Below, in pieces: positions 14,209 through 24,033 of a DNA stretch of 32,000 bases. Positions within the stretch are counted from its first letter, which is position 1. Every line of letters starts with the position of its first letter. Made by a program: the position numbers and the translations under genes. Location: assembly GCA_028713575.1 (NCBI GenBank), contig JAQTOB010000002.1, forward strand, positions 1 through 32,000, written 5' to 3'. Below the pieces are notes generated by a model. It was not told where the DNA came from, ran no database searches, and saw nothing but the letters and a program-made list of their open reading frames with translations. The DNA is from Patescibacteria group bacterium (lineage in GTDB: Bacteria; Patescibacteriota; Patescibacteriia; UBA2591; UBA6264).

Positions 14209-14237
14209 AAAGCCCGATATTTATAATATCAGGCTTT
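14209..14237 (+). terminator. Terminator-like hairpin
   Basis: AAAGCCCGATAT-ttata-ATATCAGGCTTT, a 12-bp stem with one C-A mismatch. Only a short T-run, and it lies within the stem. Confidence 0.4.
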
Positions 14238-14250
14238 AACTATACAGGGT

Positions 14251-14279
14251 TCGACAAATAATGCGTTCTGTGTTAAAAT
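14251..14279 (+). promoter_or_regulatory. Candidate promoter (TCGACA-17-TAAAAT) placing the TSS at or next to the helicase ATG
   Basis: -35-like TCGACA at 14251-14256, 17-nt spacer, -10 TAAAAT at 14274-14279. The ATG at 14287 is 7 nt after the -10 box and no SD is present. Confidence 0.35.
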
Positions 14280-14286
14280 ATTGCTT

Positions 14287-17247
14287 ATGGCGGAAAATGA
14301 TTCATTAAGTAAAATTTTAAAAGGATTAAATCCCGAGCAAAAAAAGGCAGTCTGTCACGGTCCTGGTCCTTTGATGATTGTTGCTGGCGCCGGCACGGGT
14401 AAAACTACGGTTATCACCAGAAGAATCGCTTGGCTTGTCTTGAGCGGCCTGGCGAAGACCGATGAAATTTTGGCTTTAACCTTTACGGAAAAAGCGGCCC
14501 AAGAAATGGAAGAAAGGGCAGACAAGCTTCTTCCTTACGGATACGTGGATTTATGGATTTCCACCTTTCATTCTTTTTGCGAAAGAATTTTACAAGAGCA
14601 TGCCTTAGATATAGGTTTGCCTTTAAATTTTAAACTGCTTAATGAGGCTCAGCAGTGTTTTTTAATTCAAGAGAATTTTAATCAATTTAATCTTGATTAT
14701 TATCGGCCTTTGGGCAATCCGACCAGATTTATCCAAAGCCTGGTTAAACATTTTTCTCGAGCTAAAGATGAATTAATTAGCCCGGAAGATTATTTGGAAT
14801 ATGTAGAAAATTTAAAGACGAATGAAGACATGACTATGTCCGGTGGACAATTAACCCAAGAAATCAGTCGTTTAAAAGAATTGGCTGAAGCTTATCATGT
14901 TTATCAACAATTACTTTTAAAGAACAATGCTTTGGATTTTGGAGATTTAATCAATTATACCCTGCGTCTTTTTGAAAAAAGACCGCAGATTTTGGAAAAA
15001 TATAAAAACCAGTTCAAATATATTTTAGTGGATGAATTTCAGGATACCAATTGGGCCCAGTATAAATTATTACAAACACTAACCAAAGCCAATGATAATC
15101 TAACCGTGGTACTTGATGATGACCAAGCAATCTATTTATGGCGCGGCGCTTCATACAACAATGCTTTGCAGTTTAAAAAAGATTATCCAAAAGCTAAGCA
15201 AATAGTTTTGGTGAGCAATTACCGTTCTTGTCAGAATATTTTAGATTTAGCGTATAATTTTATTCAACAGAACAATCCGGAAAGGTTGGAAGCGCAAGAG
15301 AAAGAAATGGTTAAAAAACTCAAAGCTAAAAATCAAGGTGAAGGAGAAATCGTTCATTGGCGCGTTAAAGATCAAGAAGAAGAAGCCAGGATTGTGGTGG
15401 AGAAAATAATTGATTTGAAAAAAAGAGACCAGGAAGCGAGCTGGAATGATTTTGCCGTTTTAGTTCGGGCAAATAGTCAAGCGGAGATTTTTGTTCAAGC
15501 TTTAAATATGGCTAATGTTCCTCATCAATTTTTAGCCCGGTCGGGCCTATTTTCCAAGTCAATAATTTTGGACATTCTTTCTTACTTGAAATTGCTTGAC
15601 AATTATCACGAAAGTCCGGCAATTTATCGCGTACTTATTTCCCCGATTTTTCAAAATAAAATTAAGGGCGAGGATTTAGCGAATTTAACGAATTTTGCTT
15701 ATAAGAAGTCCTGGTCGCTTTACGAAGCAATGCAAAAAGCCAGCATTATTCCTAAACTTTCTTCATCAACCATTGGACAATTAAATATTTTTTTATCTTT
15801 AATTCAAAAACATACAGAATTGTCTAAAAGCGAAAATGTTAGTAAAGTAATCTACGCTTTCTTAGAAGATTCCGGATATTTAAAAATTTTAGCCAAGCAA
15901 GAAGATAGAAGCGAGAAAAAAAATAGAGAAAAGGTTTTTTGGTTAAATCAGTTCTTTAAAAAAGTGGAAAATTTTGAAGCAGTTAATTTTGATAAATCAA
16001 TTAATAATTTTAATCGGATGATGGACTTAATGATCAGTACCGGTGATACGGGCAGCATGGATTCTGGATTAGAAGAAGGACCAGAGGCGGTTAAAGTGAG
16101 CACAGTACATAGCATCAAAGGATTGGAATTTAAATATGTTTTTATCGTTAATCTGGTTGATAAAAGATTCCCGACCATTGAACGCCATGAAGCCATTGAA
16201 TTACCTAAAGAATTAATCAAAGAAATTATCCCTCAAGGAGATATTCATTTGCAAGAAGAAAGAAGGCTTTTTTATGTAGCTTTAACCCGAGCTAAATATG
16301 GCTTATATTTGACTTCAGCCGAGGATTATGGAGGAAAAACCGTAAAAAAACCATCAAGATTTTTATATGAGATTAGTTTAATTAATGAAAAAGAAACAGA
16401 AAAGAGAAATAAAAAAGAGATTTTAGCCAAGCCATTAGATGAATTTCAAAAAGAAAAGCCAACGGTTTTGCCGGCGCGATTTAGTTTTTCTCAGTTAATC
16501 GCTTTTGATACTTGTCCTCTGCAATATAAATTTGCTTTTATTTTAAACATTCCCCGGAAAGGAAGATATGTTTTTAGTTTTGGCAAGAGCTTACACAAGA
16601 CTCTTTATCAATTTTCTCAGATTTGGCGGGAAAACCAAAAAACAAAACAAAAAAATTTATTTGACAAAAAAACGGGAAAAGAAAAAATTTTGCCATTTGA
16701 ATATTTATTGAAAATTTATGAACAATGCTGGATTGACGAATGGTATCAAAACAAAGAACACCAAGAAAAATACAAAGAAAAAGGAAAACAAGTTTTAAAA
16801 ATGTTTTATGAAGATTTATTTAATACCAATCCCAAGATAAGATATTTGGAGAAAGAATTTAATTTTAAAATAGGGGGATATATTATAAAGGGTTTTATTG
16901 ATCGCGTAGACGAAAATAACGGCGGATTGGAAATTATTGATTATAAAACCGGACAGGGGGGAAGTAAAAATCTTGATTTGGAAAAGAAACAACAACTTTA
17001 TATTTATCAATTGGCGGCGCAAAAACTGCCAACAGCTTTTAATAAGCCAATTCAACAACTTACTTTTTATTATTTAGAAACAGGAGAAAAAGTTTCTTTT
17101 TTGGGGAAAGAAGAAGATTTAAAAAAAATTGAAGAGAAAATAATTAAAACTATTAATAAAATAAAACAGGGAGATTTTTCTCCTCGGCCCAGCCGACTTT
17201 GTCGTTTCTGCGACTTTTTCCCCATTTGCCAGTATCGTCAGGAATAA
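14287..17247 (+). CDS. UvrD/PcrA-family SF1 helicase fused to a C-terminal PD-(D/E)XK nuclease domain with a Cas4/AddB-type 4-Cys cluster
   Basis: Helicase motifs AGAGTGKT, DEFQDTN, VSNYRS, TVHSIKGLEF and LFYVALTRAK. C-terminal nuclease motifs: FDTCPLQYKF, IDRVD...LEIIDYKTG, QLYIYQLA and CRFCDFFPIC. The ORF track begins at a TTG at 14281; the ATG at 14287 is preferred. Confidence 0.9.
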   Translation: MAENDSLSKILKGLNPEQKKAVCHGPGPLMIVAGAGTGKTTVITRRIAWLVLSGLAKTDEILALTFTEKAAQEMEERADKLLPYGYVDLWISTFHSFCERILQEHALDIGLPLNFKLLNEAQQCFLIQENFNQFNLDYYRPLGNPTRFIQSLVKHFSRAKDELISPEDYLEYVENLKTNEDMTMSGGQLTQEISRLKELAEAYHVYQQLLLKNNALDFGDLINYTLRLFEKRPQILEKYKNQFKYILVDEFQDTNWAQYKLLQTLTKANDNLTVVLDDDQAIYLWRGASYNNALQFKKDYPKAKQIVLVSNYRSCQNILDLAYNFIQQNNPERLEAQEKEMVKKLKAKNQGEGEIVHWRVKDQEEEARIVVEKIIDLKKRDQEASWNDFAVLVRANSQAEIFVQALNMANVPHQFLARSGLFSKSIILDILSYLKLLDNYHESPAIYRVLISPIFQNKIKGEDLANLTNFAYKKSWSLYEAMQKASIIPKLSSSTIGQLNIFLSLIQKHTELSKSENVSKVIYAFLEDSGYLKILAKQEDRSEKKNREKVFWLNQFFKKVENFEAVNFDKSINNFNRMMDLMISTGDTGSMDSGLEEGPEAVKVSTVHSIKGLEFKYVFIVNLVDKRFPTIERHEAIELPKELIKEIIPQGDIHLQEERRLFYVALTRAKYGLYLTSAEDYGGKTVKKPSRFLYEISLINEKETEKRNKKEILAKPLDEFQKEKPTVLPARFSFSQLIAFDTCPLQYKFAFILNIPRKGRYVFSFGKSLHKTLYQFSQIWRENQKTKQKNLFDKKTGKEKILPFEYLLKIYEQCWIDEWYQNKEHQEKYKEKGKQVLKMFYEDLFNTNPKIRYLEKEFNFKIGGYIIKGFIDRVDENNGGLEIIDYKTGQGGSKNLDLEKKQQLYIYQLAAQKLPTAFNKPIQQLTFYYLETGEKVSFLGKEEDLKKIEEKIIKTINKIKQGDFSPRPSRLCRFCDFFPICQYRQE

Positions 17248-17252
17248 GAACC

Positions 17253-17280
17253 TTGTCAATCAGTATTCAAATGTTATAAT
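17253..17280 (+). promoter_or_regulatory. Sigma70-like promoter (TTGTCA-16-TATAAT) for the membrane-protein/pheST operon
   Basis: TTGTCA at 17253-17258, 16-nt spacer, TATAAT at 17275-17280. Confidence 0.45.
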
Positions 17281-17301
17281 GTTTTAATATTATTATAATT
17301 A

Positions 17302-17399
17302 CTACGAAATATAAAATCGTACGAAAACGAAAAAAATAAATTAATAATATAAGCATAAAATTAGATTTCGTATTTTCGTAATTTTTTCGCAATTTCGTA
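17302..17399 (+). promoter_or_regulatory. Long imperfect inverted repeat built from TACGAAA / TTTCGTA motifs in the operon leader
   Basis: CTACGAAAT (17302-17310) pairs with ATTTCGTAG (17391-17399). Internal TACGAAAACGAAA faces TTTCGTATTTTCGTA. There are about 4 TACGAAA-type motifs per arm. A related TACGTTTTCGTATTTTT occurs at 29119-29135. Confidence 0.35.
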
Positions 17400-17416
17400 G
17401 GAAGAGCGAAGCGCTT

Positions 17417-17806
17417 ATGACTTTAAAAAAATATCTTAATCTAATGATGGTTTTGACCGCTATTTGCTGGCTGTCCTGGCTTGTGGTCTTGTTTTTTATT
17501 AATCCCGAAGAAACCGGTTTAATGGGGTTTATTTTATTTTATTTTAGCTTATTTTTGGCGATTTTGGGCACGACTTCTATTTTGGGATTTATTATTCGCG
17601 CCCGCTTTAATCAAGGACCTGTTTTTAAACAAGTGGAAGTTTCTTTTCGTCAAGGGATTTGGCTTGGAATGTTGGCTATTGGACTGTTGCTTTTAAAAGA
17701 AACAGAACTTTTGCGTTGGTGGAATGGAATTTTTCTTTTTTTGTTTTTAACTTTTTTAGAATTTTTCTTTTTATCTTCGCGTAAAAGATTTAAAGGTGCG
17801 GTATGA
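17417..17806 (+). CDS. Hypothetical 4-TM membrane protein, overlapping pheS (ATGA)
   Basis: 129 aa with four hydrophobic helices. Stop overlaps the pheS start at 17803-17806. Confidence 0.65.
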   Translation: MTLKKYLNLMMVLTAICWLSWLVVLFFINPEETGLMGFILFYFSLFLAILGTTSILGFIIRARFNQGPVFKQVEVSFRQGIWLGMLAIGLLLLKETELLRWWNGIFLFLFLTFLEFFFLSSRKRFKGAV

Positions 17807-18837
17807 TAGAAAAAATAAGACAATTAAAAGATAAGGCGATTCAGGAGATAAAGCAATCAAAAGGACCAATAGAAATGGAAAAAATCTGGCGTAAGTATTT
17901 GGGTCGCCAAGGCGGAGAATTAACCAGGATTTTACGTGGCTTGAAGGATTTATCAATTAATGAACGGCCGAAAATCGGCAGTTTTGCCAATCAGACAAAA
18001 AAGGAAATAGAGGATTTTTTAAACGAGAAAAAACAAAATCAAGGAAATTTTTCAGAAAAGAACAAAGAAAATTCTAATTATCTTTTACCCGGGAAGAAAA
18101 TAGACTATGGACATCTTCATCCTTTGACGCAAATTCGCTATGAGATAGCGGACATTTTTTCTTCTTTAGGTTTTGAAATTTTAGAAGGACCAGAAGTAGA
18201 AACAGATTATTATAATTTTGAAGCTTTAAATATTCCGGCCGGCCATCCGGCTCGGGATATGTGGGACACTTTTTATCTTAAATCAGAAGAAAGAAAAAAT
18301 AAAAATAAATGGTTGTTGCGAACTCATACTTCAACCATGCAGGTGAGGGTGATGGAAAAAAATAAGCCACCGCTGAAAATCTGCGTTATTGGTCGATGTT
18401 TTCGTCATGAAGCCACAGACGCCTCACATGAACATACCCTTCATCAAGTGGAGGGATTTATTGTAGACAAAGAGATTACCGTGGCTAATTTAATTTATGT
18501 TTTAAAAAACTTTTTAAATGCTTTGTTCAACCGGGAAGTTAAAATCAGATTAAGGCCTAGTTATTTTCCTTTTACCGAGCCGAGTTTTGAGGTTGATTTT
18601 GCTTGTCTAAATTGCCAGGGTAAAGGATGTCCGGTTTGCAAACATACAGGCTGGGTGGAAATTTTAGGGTCAGGCATGATTCATCCTAAAGTTTTTCAAT
18701 ATGCCGGCTATCCCAAAGGAAAATATACTGGGTTTGCCTTTGGTATGGGCTTAGATAGGTTAGCCATGATGAAATACCAGATAGACGACATCCGTTTATT
18801 CCATTCAGGTGATTTACGATTTATTAATCAATTCTAA
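17803..18837 (+). CDS. pheS: Phenylalanine--tRNA ligase alpha subunit
   Basis: Class II aaRS motifs: HPLTQ, PAGHPARDMWDTFY, LRTHTS, FRHEATDASH, YFPFTEPSFEVD and GFAFGMGLDRLAMM. Confidence 0.97.
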   Translation: MIEKIRQLKDKAIQEIKQSKGPIEMEKIWRKYLGRQGGELTRILRGLKDLSINERPKIGSFANQTKKEIEDFLNEKKQNQGNFSEKNKENSNYLLPGKKIDYGHLHPLTQIRYEIADIFSSLGFEILEGPEVETDYYNFEALNIPAGHPARDMWDTFYLKSEERKNKNKWLLRTHTSTMQVRVMEKNKPPLKICVIGRCFRHEATDASHEHTLHQVEGFIVDKEITVANLIYVLKNFLNALFNREVKIRLRPSYFPFTEPSFEVDFACLNCQGKGCPVCKHTGWVEILGSGMIHPKVFQYAGYPKGKYTGFAFGMGLDRLAMMKYQIDDIRLFHSGDLRFINQF

Positions 18838-18845
18838 TTTCATTT

Positions 18846-21278
18846 ATGAAATTATCGTATAACTGGTTAAAAGAATTTTTACCCAAATTGAAAAACCCTT
18901 TTGAATTAGGAAGAATTTTAAGCATAAAAGTGGCGGAAGTGGAAAAAGTTTTTGAAGCGGGGAAAGAGTTTGATAAAATAGTAGTGGCAAAAATTTTAGA
19001 AGTTAAATATCACCCCCAAGCAGATAAATTAAAAATTGTTTTAGTGGATACGGGTAAAGAAAAATTAGAAATCGTTTGTGGCGCATCAAATATTAAACCA
19101 GGACAAAAAGTGCCCTTGGCATTAGAGGGGGCTTATTTGCCCGCCGGCGTAGGCAGGTTAAATGGAATGGAAATAAAAACCGCTGTGATTAGGGGAGTAG
19201 AATCAAAAGGTATGCTTTGCGCTGAAGATGAATTGGGACTGGGGCCTGATCATCAGGGTATTTTAATTTTAGATTCTAAAGCAAAGGTTGGCCAACCTTT
19301 AAGTGAATATTTGGGATTAAATGATTTTATTTTGGAAATAGAAAAAAAATCATTAACTCATAGGCCAGATTTGTTTAATCATTTGGGTTTTTGCCGAGAA
19401 ATGGCAGCAATTTTGAATTTAAAGATAAAAGAGAATAAACAGAAATTAAAAATTAGTAAATCAAATAAATCGCCATTACAAATTAAAATTTTAGACCAAA
19501 AACTTTGCCCGCGTTATATGGCCGTGGTAATGGAAGGAATAAAAGTTGAGCCTTCGCCAGACTGGCTTCAGCATAGATTAAGAAATTTAGGGGTCAGCTC
19601 CATTAATAATATAGTTGACATCACCAATTATGTTTTAATGGAACATGGTCAACCCCTGCATGCTTTTGACGCTGATTTAATTAAAGATAATAAAATTATA
19701 GTTCGTCAGGCAAAAGAGGGAGAGAAAATTATTGCTTTAGACGATAAAGAATATGAATTATCAGAAGAAGATTTAGTGATTGCCGATAGTCAAAAGCCCA
19801 TTGCTTTAGCCGGCATTATTGGCGGAAGAAATTCAGCCATTAATCAGAATACGCAACGGATTGTCATTGAATCAGCTAATTTTAACAATGTTAGAGTAAG
19901 AAGAACTTCTTGGCGTTTGGGCTTGCGGACAGAAGCGGTCATCAGATTTGAAAAAGAATTGCCCTTGATTTTTAGTGAAAATGGTTTAAATCGAGCCATT
20001 GAATTGATTCAAAAATTAACCAAAGGAAAAGTGGTCAGCAAATTATATGATTTAAAGAGTCCAGGGGCGCAGGTAATACTAAAACAAAAAAAAGAAATTG
20101 TTTTTAGTCCAGAAAAGGCTAGGAAATTTATTGGTGAAGAAATAGAAGATGAAACTATGAAAAATTTTTTGCAAAATTTGGGGATGGAAGTAAAAAGGGG
20201 AAAAAATCAATGGCTTGTGAGAGTGCCGTTTTATCGTCAAGATTTAAATATCTTTGAAGATTTAATTGAAGAGATTGTGAGGATTTACGGTTCAGACAAA
20301 ATTATTCCTCAACCGGTTTTTGGCGAATTGCGTTCGTTACGCCAAAAGCAAGAATTTGTTTTGGAAAAAGAAATAAAAAATGTTTTAATCGGACTTGGTT
20401 TTAGCGAAGTATACAGTTACATTTTTTACAACACTTCTTGTGTTATTGACCAGGAAAGACATTTATCAATTGAGAATCCGCTGAATAAAGATCAGAAATT
20501 TTTAAGAACCACCCTTTTGCCCATGCTTTTGGAAAAGGCGGAAAAAAATATCAATTATTATTCTCAATTTAAAATTTTTGAGGTCGGTCATGTTTTTTAT
20601 AAAGAAAAAGAAAATTATTTTGAAAAAAAGAATTTGGCAGGGATTATTACTTATTTAGAAAAAGAAAAAGACGAGTTTAACCATTTAGAAGAAGAGCCGA
20701 TTTTTCAAACAATGGGTTTATTGGAAACATTTTTTAATAATATCGGATTAGAGGTTAAATACGAGAAAGCTGATAGCCAATTTTTAAAAAATTCTTTTAA
20801 TGGTTATTGGTTGGCGGCAAAAGATTCATATAAAATTAGGATACAGAATAAAACAGTTGGCGTCTTGGGGGAAAATAAGGTCCAAGAAAAAGAACATAAA
20901 TTAGAAAATGATTTAATGGTTTTGTTTGAAGTTGATTTGACAGAATTAATGAAACTTAATTTTTCAGAAAAGAAATTCAAGCCCATTCCTCAATATCCGG
21001 CGGTAAAAAGAAACCTTTCTTTTATTTTAAATAAAAATAATTTTAATTGGTTTGAGATTTCTACGGAAATATTTAAAATAGACCCTTTAATTAAAAATGT
21101 GGATTTTTCCGAATTTGTTGATGCTAAATGTTTTAAGGATGGAAGTTGCAATTTATGTTTTTCTATTACTTATCAATCTTGGAAAAAAACTTTAAAAGCA
21201 GAAGAGGTGAATATTGTTGAAAAAAAAATTATTGATTTGATGAAAGAAAAATTTAACGCTCACTTAAGGAATTTCTAA
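18846..21278 (+). CDS. pheT: Phenylalanine--tRNA ligase beta subunit
   Basis: MKLSYNWLKEF start, N-terminal tRNA-binding domain (HPQADKLKIVLVDTG), B3_4 and B5 regions (HAFDADLI, IAGIIGG), and a C-terminal FDX-ACB-like domain. Lies directly after pheS. Confidence 0.95.
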   Translation: MKLSYNWLKEFLPKLKNPFELGRILSIKVAEVEKVFEAGKEFDKIVVAKILEVKYHPQADKLKIVLVDTGKEKLEIVCGASNIKPGQKVPLALEGAYLPAGVGRLNGMEIKTAVIRGVESKGMLCAEDELGLGPDHQGILILDSKAKVGQPLSEYLGLNDFILEIEKKSLTHRPDLFNHLGFCREMAAILNLKIKENKQKLKISKSNKSPLQIKILDQKLCPRYMAVVMEGIKVEPSPDWLQHRLRNLGVSSINNIVDITNYVLMEHGQPLHAFDADLIKDNKIIVRQAKEGEKIIALDDKEYELSEEDLVIADSQKPIALAGIIGGRNSAINQNTQRIVIESANFNNVRVRRTSWRLGLRTEAVIRFEKELPLIFSENGLNRAIELIQKLTKGKVVSKLYDLKSPGAQVILKQKKEIVFSPEKARKFIGEEIEDETMKNFLQNLGMEVKRGKNQWLVRVPFYRQDLNIFEDLIEEIVRIYGSDKIIPQPVFGELRSLRQKQEFVLEKEIKNVLIGLGFSEVYSYIFYNTSCVIDQERHLSIENPLNKDQKFLRTTLLPMLLEKAEKNINYYSQFKIFEVGHVFYKEKENYFEKKNLAGIITYLEKEKDEFNHLEEEPIFQTMGLLETFFNNIGLEVKYEKADSQFLKNSFNGYWLAAKDSYKIRIQNKTVGVLGENKVQEKEHKLENDLMVLFEVDLTELMKLNFSEKKFKPIPQYPAVKRNLSFILNKNNFNWFEISTEIFKIDPLIKNVDFSEFVDAKCFKDGSCNLCFSITYQSWKKTLKAEEVNIVEKKIIDLMKEKFNAHLRNF

Positions 21279-21397
21279 CAGCGCTTGGTGCAGAAATCAT
21301 AAACCCTAAATAAATTCATATTTTATATTTAGATATTCGGATTTTGATATTATTTAGAGTTTAGAAATTAGAATTTATAAATTTAAACGAAATAATT

Positions 21398-22387
21398 ATG
21401 GCATATGATATTTTAACCATTGGCGGAATAATGCGAGACGTTATTTTTTTAACCAAAGAAGGTTTGATTATTGAAAATCCGCAAAATCCTTTATGTCAGC
21501 GTCTGCTTGGTTTTGAATTGGGCGCGAAAATTTATGTTAATCAAGTTCATTTTGAAGCCGGCGGCGGAGCGAGTAATACCGCGGTTGGATTTTCCAGGCT
21601 TGGTTTAAAAACAGCGATTATGGGTCGGGTTGGTCAAGACAGAGAAGGGGAAGAATTGATTAAGGGTTTAAAGAAGGAAAAAGTGGATACACGCTGGATT
21701 CAAATAGATAAAAAATTTAGCACCGGTTTTGCCGCTATTCTTGCTTTAAGCCATCGGAAGAGGGCTCATGCTATCTTTGCTTATCGTGGCAGTAATGATA
21801 ATTTGGTTTTAAAAATAAACAAAGAAGAAGTAAAAAAAGCGAAATGGATTTATCTTTCATCATTAAGTTCGCCAATTTGGGAAAAGTTCCTCAAAGATGC
21901 CTTTTCTCTTAAAACTGGAAAAATAAAACTTGCCTGGAATCCTTCCAATGTGCAATTAAAAGCCGGATGGAAAAGTTTAGATAAGTATTTGAGAAAAACA
22001 GATGTTTTAATACTTAATGACGACGAGGCAAGGGAATTAGTTTTATCAAAAACAAGAATTAAAAATTTAAGCAATAAAAATTTACTTCAACATCTTTTTC
22101 AGATGGGTCCCCAGATTTCTATTATTACTGCCGGCAAAAAAGGAGCTTACGCTTATAATGGGAAAATGTATTATCAAAAGCCGGCGCCAGCCAAAGTTAT
22201 TCACGCCACGGGCGCGGGTGATTCTTTTTCTGCCGGGTTTATTTCCAGCTTATTTTATTGTCCCCAAGACATACAAAGGGCTTTAAAATGGGGAGTGACC
22301 AATAGCGCTTCGGTTATTGACCATGTTGGAGCGCAAAAAGGATTATTGAATAAAAACCAAATTATTAAATTAAGTAAAAATGTTTAA
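21398..22387 (+). CDS. PfkB-family carbohydrate kinase (ribokinase-like)
   Basis: N-terminal GG motif (EAGGGASNTAVGFSRLG) and C-terminal GAGDSFSAGF anion-hole/catalytic motif. Substrate cannot be assigned. Confidence 0.85.
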   Translation: MAYDILTIGGIMRDVIFLTKEGLIIENPQNPLCQRLLGFELGAKIYVNQVHFEAGGGASNTAVGFSRLGLKTAIMGRVGQDREGEELIKGLKKEKVDTRWIQIDKKFSTGFAAILALSHRKRAHAIFAYRGSNDNLVLKINKEEVKKAKWIYLSSLSSPIWEKFLKDAFSLKTGKIKLAWNPSNVQLKAGWKSLDKYLRKTDVLILNDDEARELVLSKTRIKNLSNKNLLQHLFQMGPQISIITAGKKGAYAYNGKMYYQKPAPAKVIHATGAGDSFSAGFISSLFYCPQDIQRALKWGVTNSASVIDHVGAQKGLLNKNQIIKLSKNV

Positions 22388-22976
22388 GGTTCCCGTAGAA
22401 ATATCCGCTCGCCATGTTCATTTGAGTCAAGAACACTTAACGATTCTTTTTGGCTCTGATTATCAATTAAATAAATTGAAAGATATTTCCCAGCCGGGGG
22501 AATTTTCATGCCAAGAGACTTTGATTTTAAAAACCGATAAAGCAGAAATAAAAAACGTAAGGATTGTCGGTCCCTTAAGAAAACAAACACAGGCAGAAAT
22601 ATCTTTAACCGATGCCAGAAATTTAGGGATAAGGCCGCCGATTAGGATTTCTGGAGACTTGACCGGGTCGGAAAAATGTTCTTTAATCGGACCGGCCGGA
22701 ATGATTGATTTAACAGAAGGCGTGATAGTGGCCCAACGCCATTTACATTTAGACCCAGTTTCCGCCCAAGAAAACAAATTAAAAAATAAAGAGATAGTTT
22801 CTGTTTTGGTTAATTCTAAAAATAGAGCAATTACTTTTCATCAAGTTATGGTCAGGGTTTCGCCTAATTTTAAGAATAGTTTTCATTTAGATACAGACGA
22901 AGGCAATGCCGCCGGCCTTAGAGGAGGGGAACAAGGAATTGTTATTAAAAATGAATTTCATAAAGATGAATATTAA
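22380..22976 (+). CDS. pduL: PduL-type phosphate acyltransferase (phosphotransacylase)
   Basis: Two PduL repeats: VEISARHVHLS, VRIVGPLRKQTQAEISLTDARNLGI, GVIVAQRHLHL, VRVSPNFKNSFHLDTDEGNAAG. Colinear with Salmonella PduL. Overlaps the kinase by 8 nt. Confidence 0.9.
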   Translation: MFKVPVEISARHVHLSQEHLTILFGSDYQLNKLKDISQPGEFSCQETLILKTDKAEIKNVRIVGPLRKQTQAEISLTDARNLGIRPPIRISGDLTGSEKCSLIGPAGMIDLTEGVIVAQRHLHLDPVSAQENKLKNKEIVSVLVNSKNRAITFHQVMVRVSPNFKNSFHLDTDEGNAAGLRGGEQGIVIKNEFHKDEY

Positions 22977-24027
22977 AAAACCCAAAATAGCCGTAGTTAT
23001 TGTTACTTATAACGGTCGGAAATATATTTCCGATTGTTTTAATAGTTTAAAAAAACAAACCCTGCCGGTTAGTGACATTATTTGTGTTGACAATGCTTCC
23101 CGGGATGAGACAATTGAATACTTGGAAAAAAAATTTCCCGAATCCAATTTAATCAAAAACAAAAAAAACCAGGGATTTGCCCAAGCCAATAATCAGGGGA
23201 TACAGATGGCCTTACAGAATAATCCTGATTATGTTTTTCTTTTAAACCAGGATACAATTTGCCGCAAAGATTGTTTAGAAAAGTTAGCGGAACAGGCGGA
23301 AAAGGAAAAAGAAAATATTTTTGCTTGGCAACCCTTAATTTTCTGCTGGCCACAAAAGGATTTAATTCAAACCGCCGGAGACAAAATTCATTACCTGGGT
23401 TTTGGTTTTTGCGGTGATTACAAAAAGTCAGTTAATCAATTATCAGTTATCAAGAATCAATTGCCTGACATCACTTATGCTTCCGGCGCGGCGATGTTCA
23501 TCAATGCTTCCGCCTTAAAAAAAGTAGGTTTTTTAGACAAGGACCTGTTTTTATACCACGAAGATTTAGATTTATGCCTGCGGGCGAGATTTTTGGGTTA
23601 TGAGATAAAATTAGCGCCGACGGCAATTATTTACCATAAATATACCGAAGGAATTCCTAAGCATCGTTGGTATTGGTCGGAAAGGAATCGTTTGTTGACC
23701 TTATTAAAGTTCTATAAATTGCCGACCTTAATTTTAATTTTTCCCGCTTGGTTGTTTATGGAAATTGGCGTCTGGGGATTCAGTTTATTGACCGGTTGGT
23801 TTCATTTAAAACTTAAGAGCTATTTTACTTGTCTTTGGCAGATTCCTAAAACCCTGATTAAAAGAAGAAAATTGCAAAAAATGAGAAAAATAAAAGACCG
23901 GCAGTTAGCGGAATTTTTGGAAGCAGAGTTCAGTTTTGCCGGTTTTGATAATCCAATTATTAAGAAGATTGTTAATCCTATTTTAGGAATTTATTGGAAA
24001 ATAGTTAAAAAAATAATTTTTTGGTAA
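22966..24027 (+). CDS. Family 2 glycosyltransferase with a C-terminal membrane-associated region
   Basis: IAVVIVTYNG, CVDNASRDET, QGFAQANNQG, FLLNQDT, GAAMFINASALKKVGFLDKDLFLYHEDLDLCLR. The ATG at 22966 (or 22951) is preferred over the track start at 22906, which overlaps pduL by 71 nt. Confidence 0.88.
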   Translation: MNIKKPKIAVVIVTYNGRKYISDCFNSLKKQTLPVSDIICVDNASRDETIEYLEKKFPESNLIKNKKNQGFAQANNQGIQMALQNNPDYVFLLNQDTICRKDCLEKLAEQAEKEKENIFAWQPLIFCWPQKDLIQTAGDKIHYLGFGFCGDYKKSVNQLSVIKNQLPDITYASGAAMFINASALKKVGFLDKDLFLYHEDLDLCLRARFLGYEIKLAPTAIIYHKYTEGIPKHRWYWSERNRLLTLLKFYKLPTLILIFPAWLFMEIGVWGFSLLTGWFHLKLKSYFTCLWQIPKTLIKRRKLQKMRKIKDRQLAEFLEAEFSFAGFDNPIIKKIVNPILGIYWKIVKKIIFW

Positions 24028-24033
24028 TTTATC

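Noticed and set aside
21279-21397. Terminator or regulatory structure between pheT and the PfkB kinase
   Set aside because: Only low-complexity TTAGA/ATTT repeats were seen. I could not define a convincing stem-loop or promoter.
22384-22777. Antisense ORFs opposite pduL, with similar antisense ORFs opposite the kinase, GT2, helicase, pheT, permease and GT-C genes
   Set aside because: Each lies opposite a gene with unambiguous family motifs. All are short and lack start signals.
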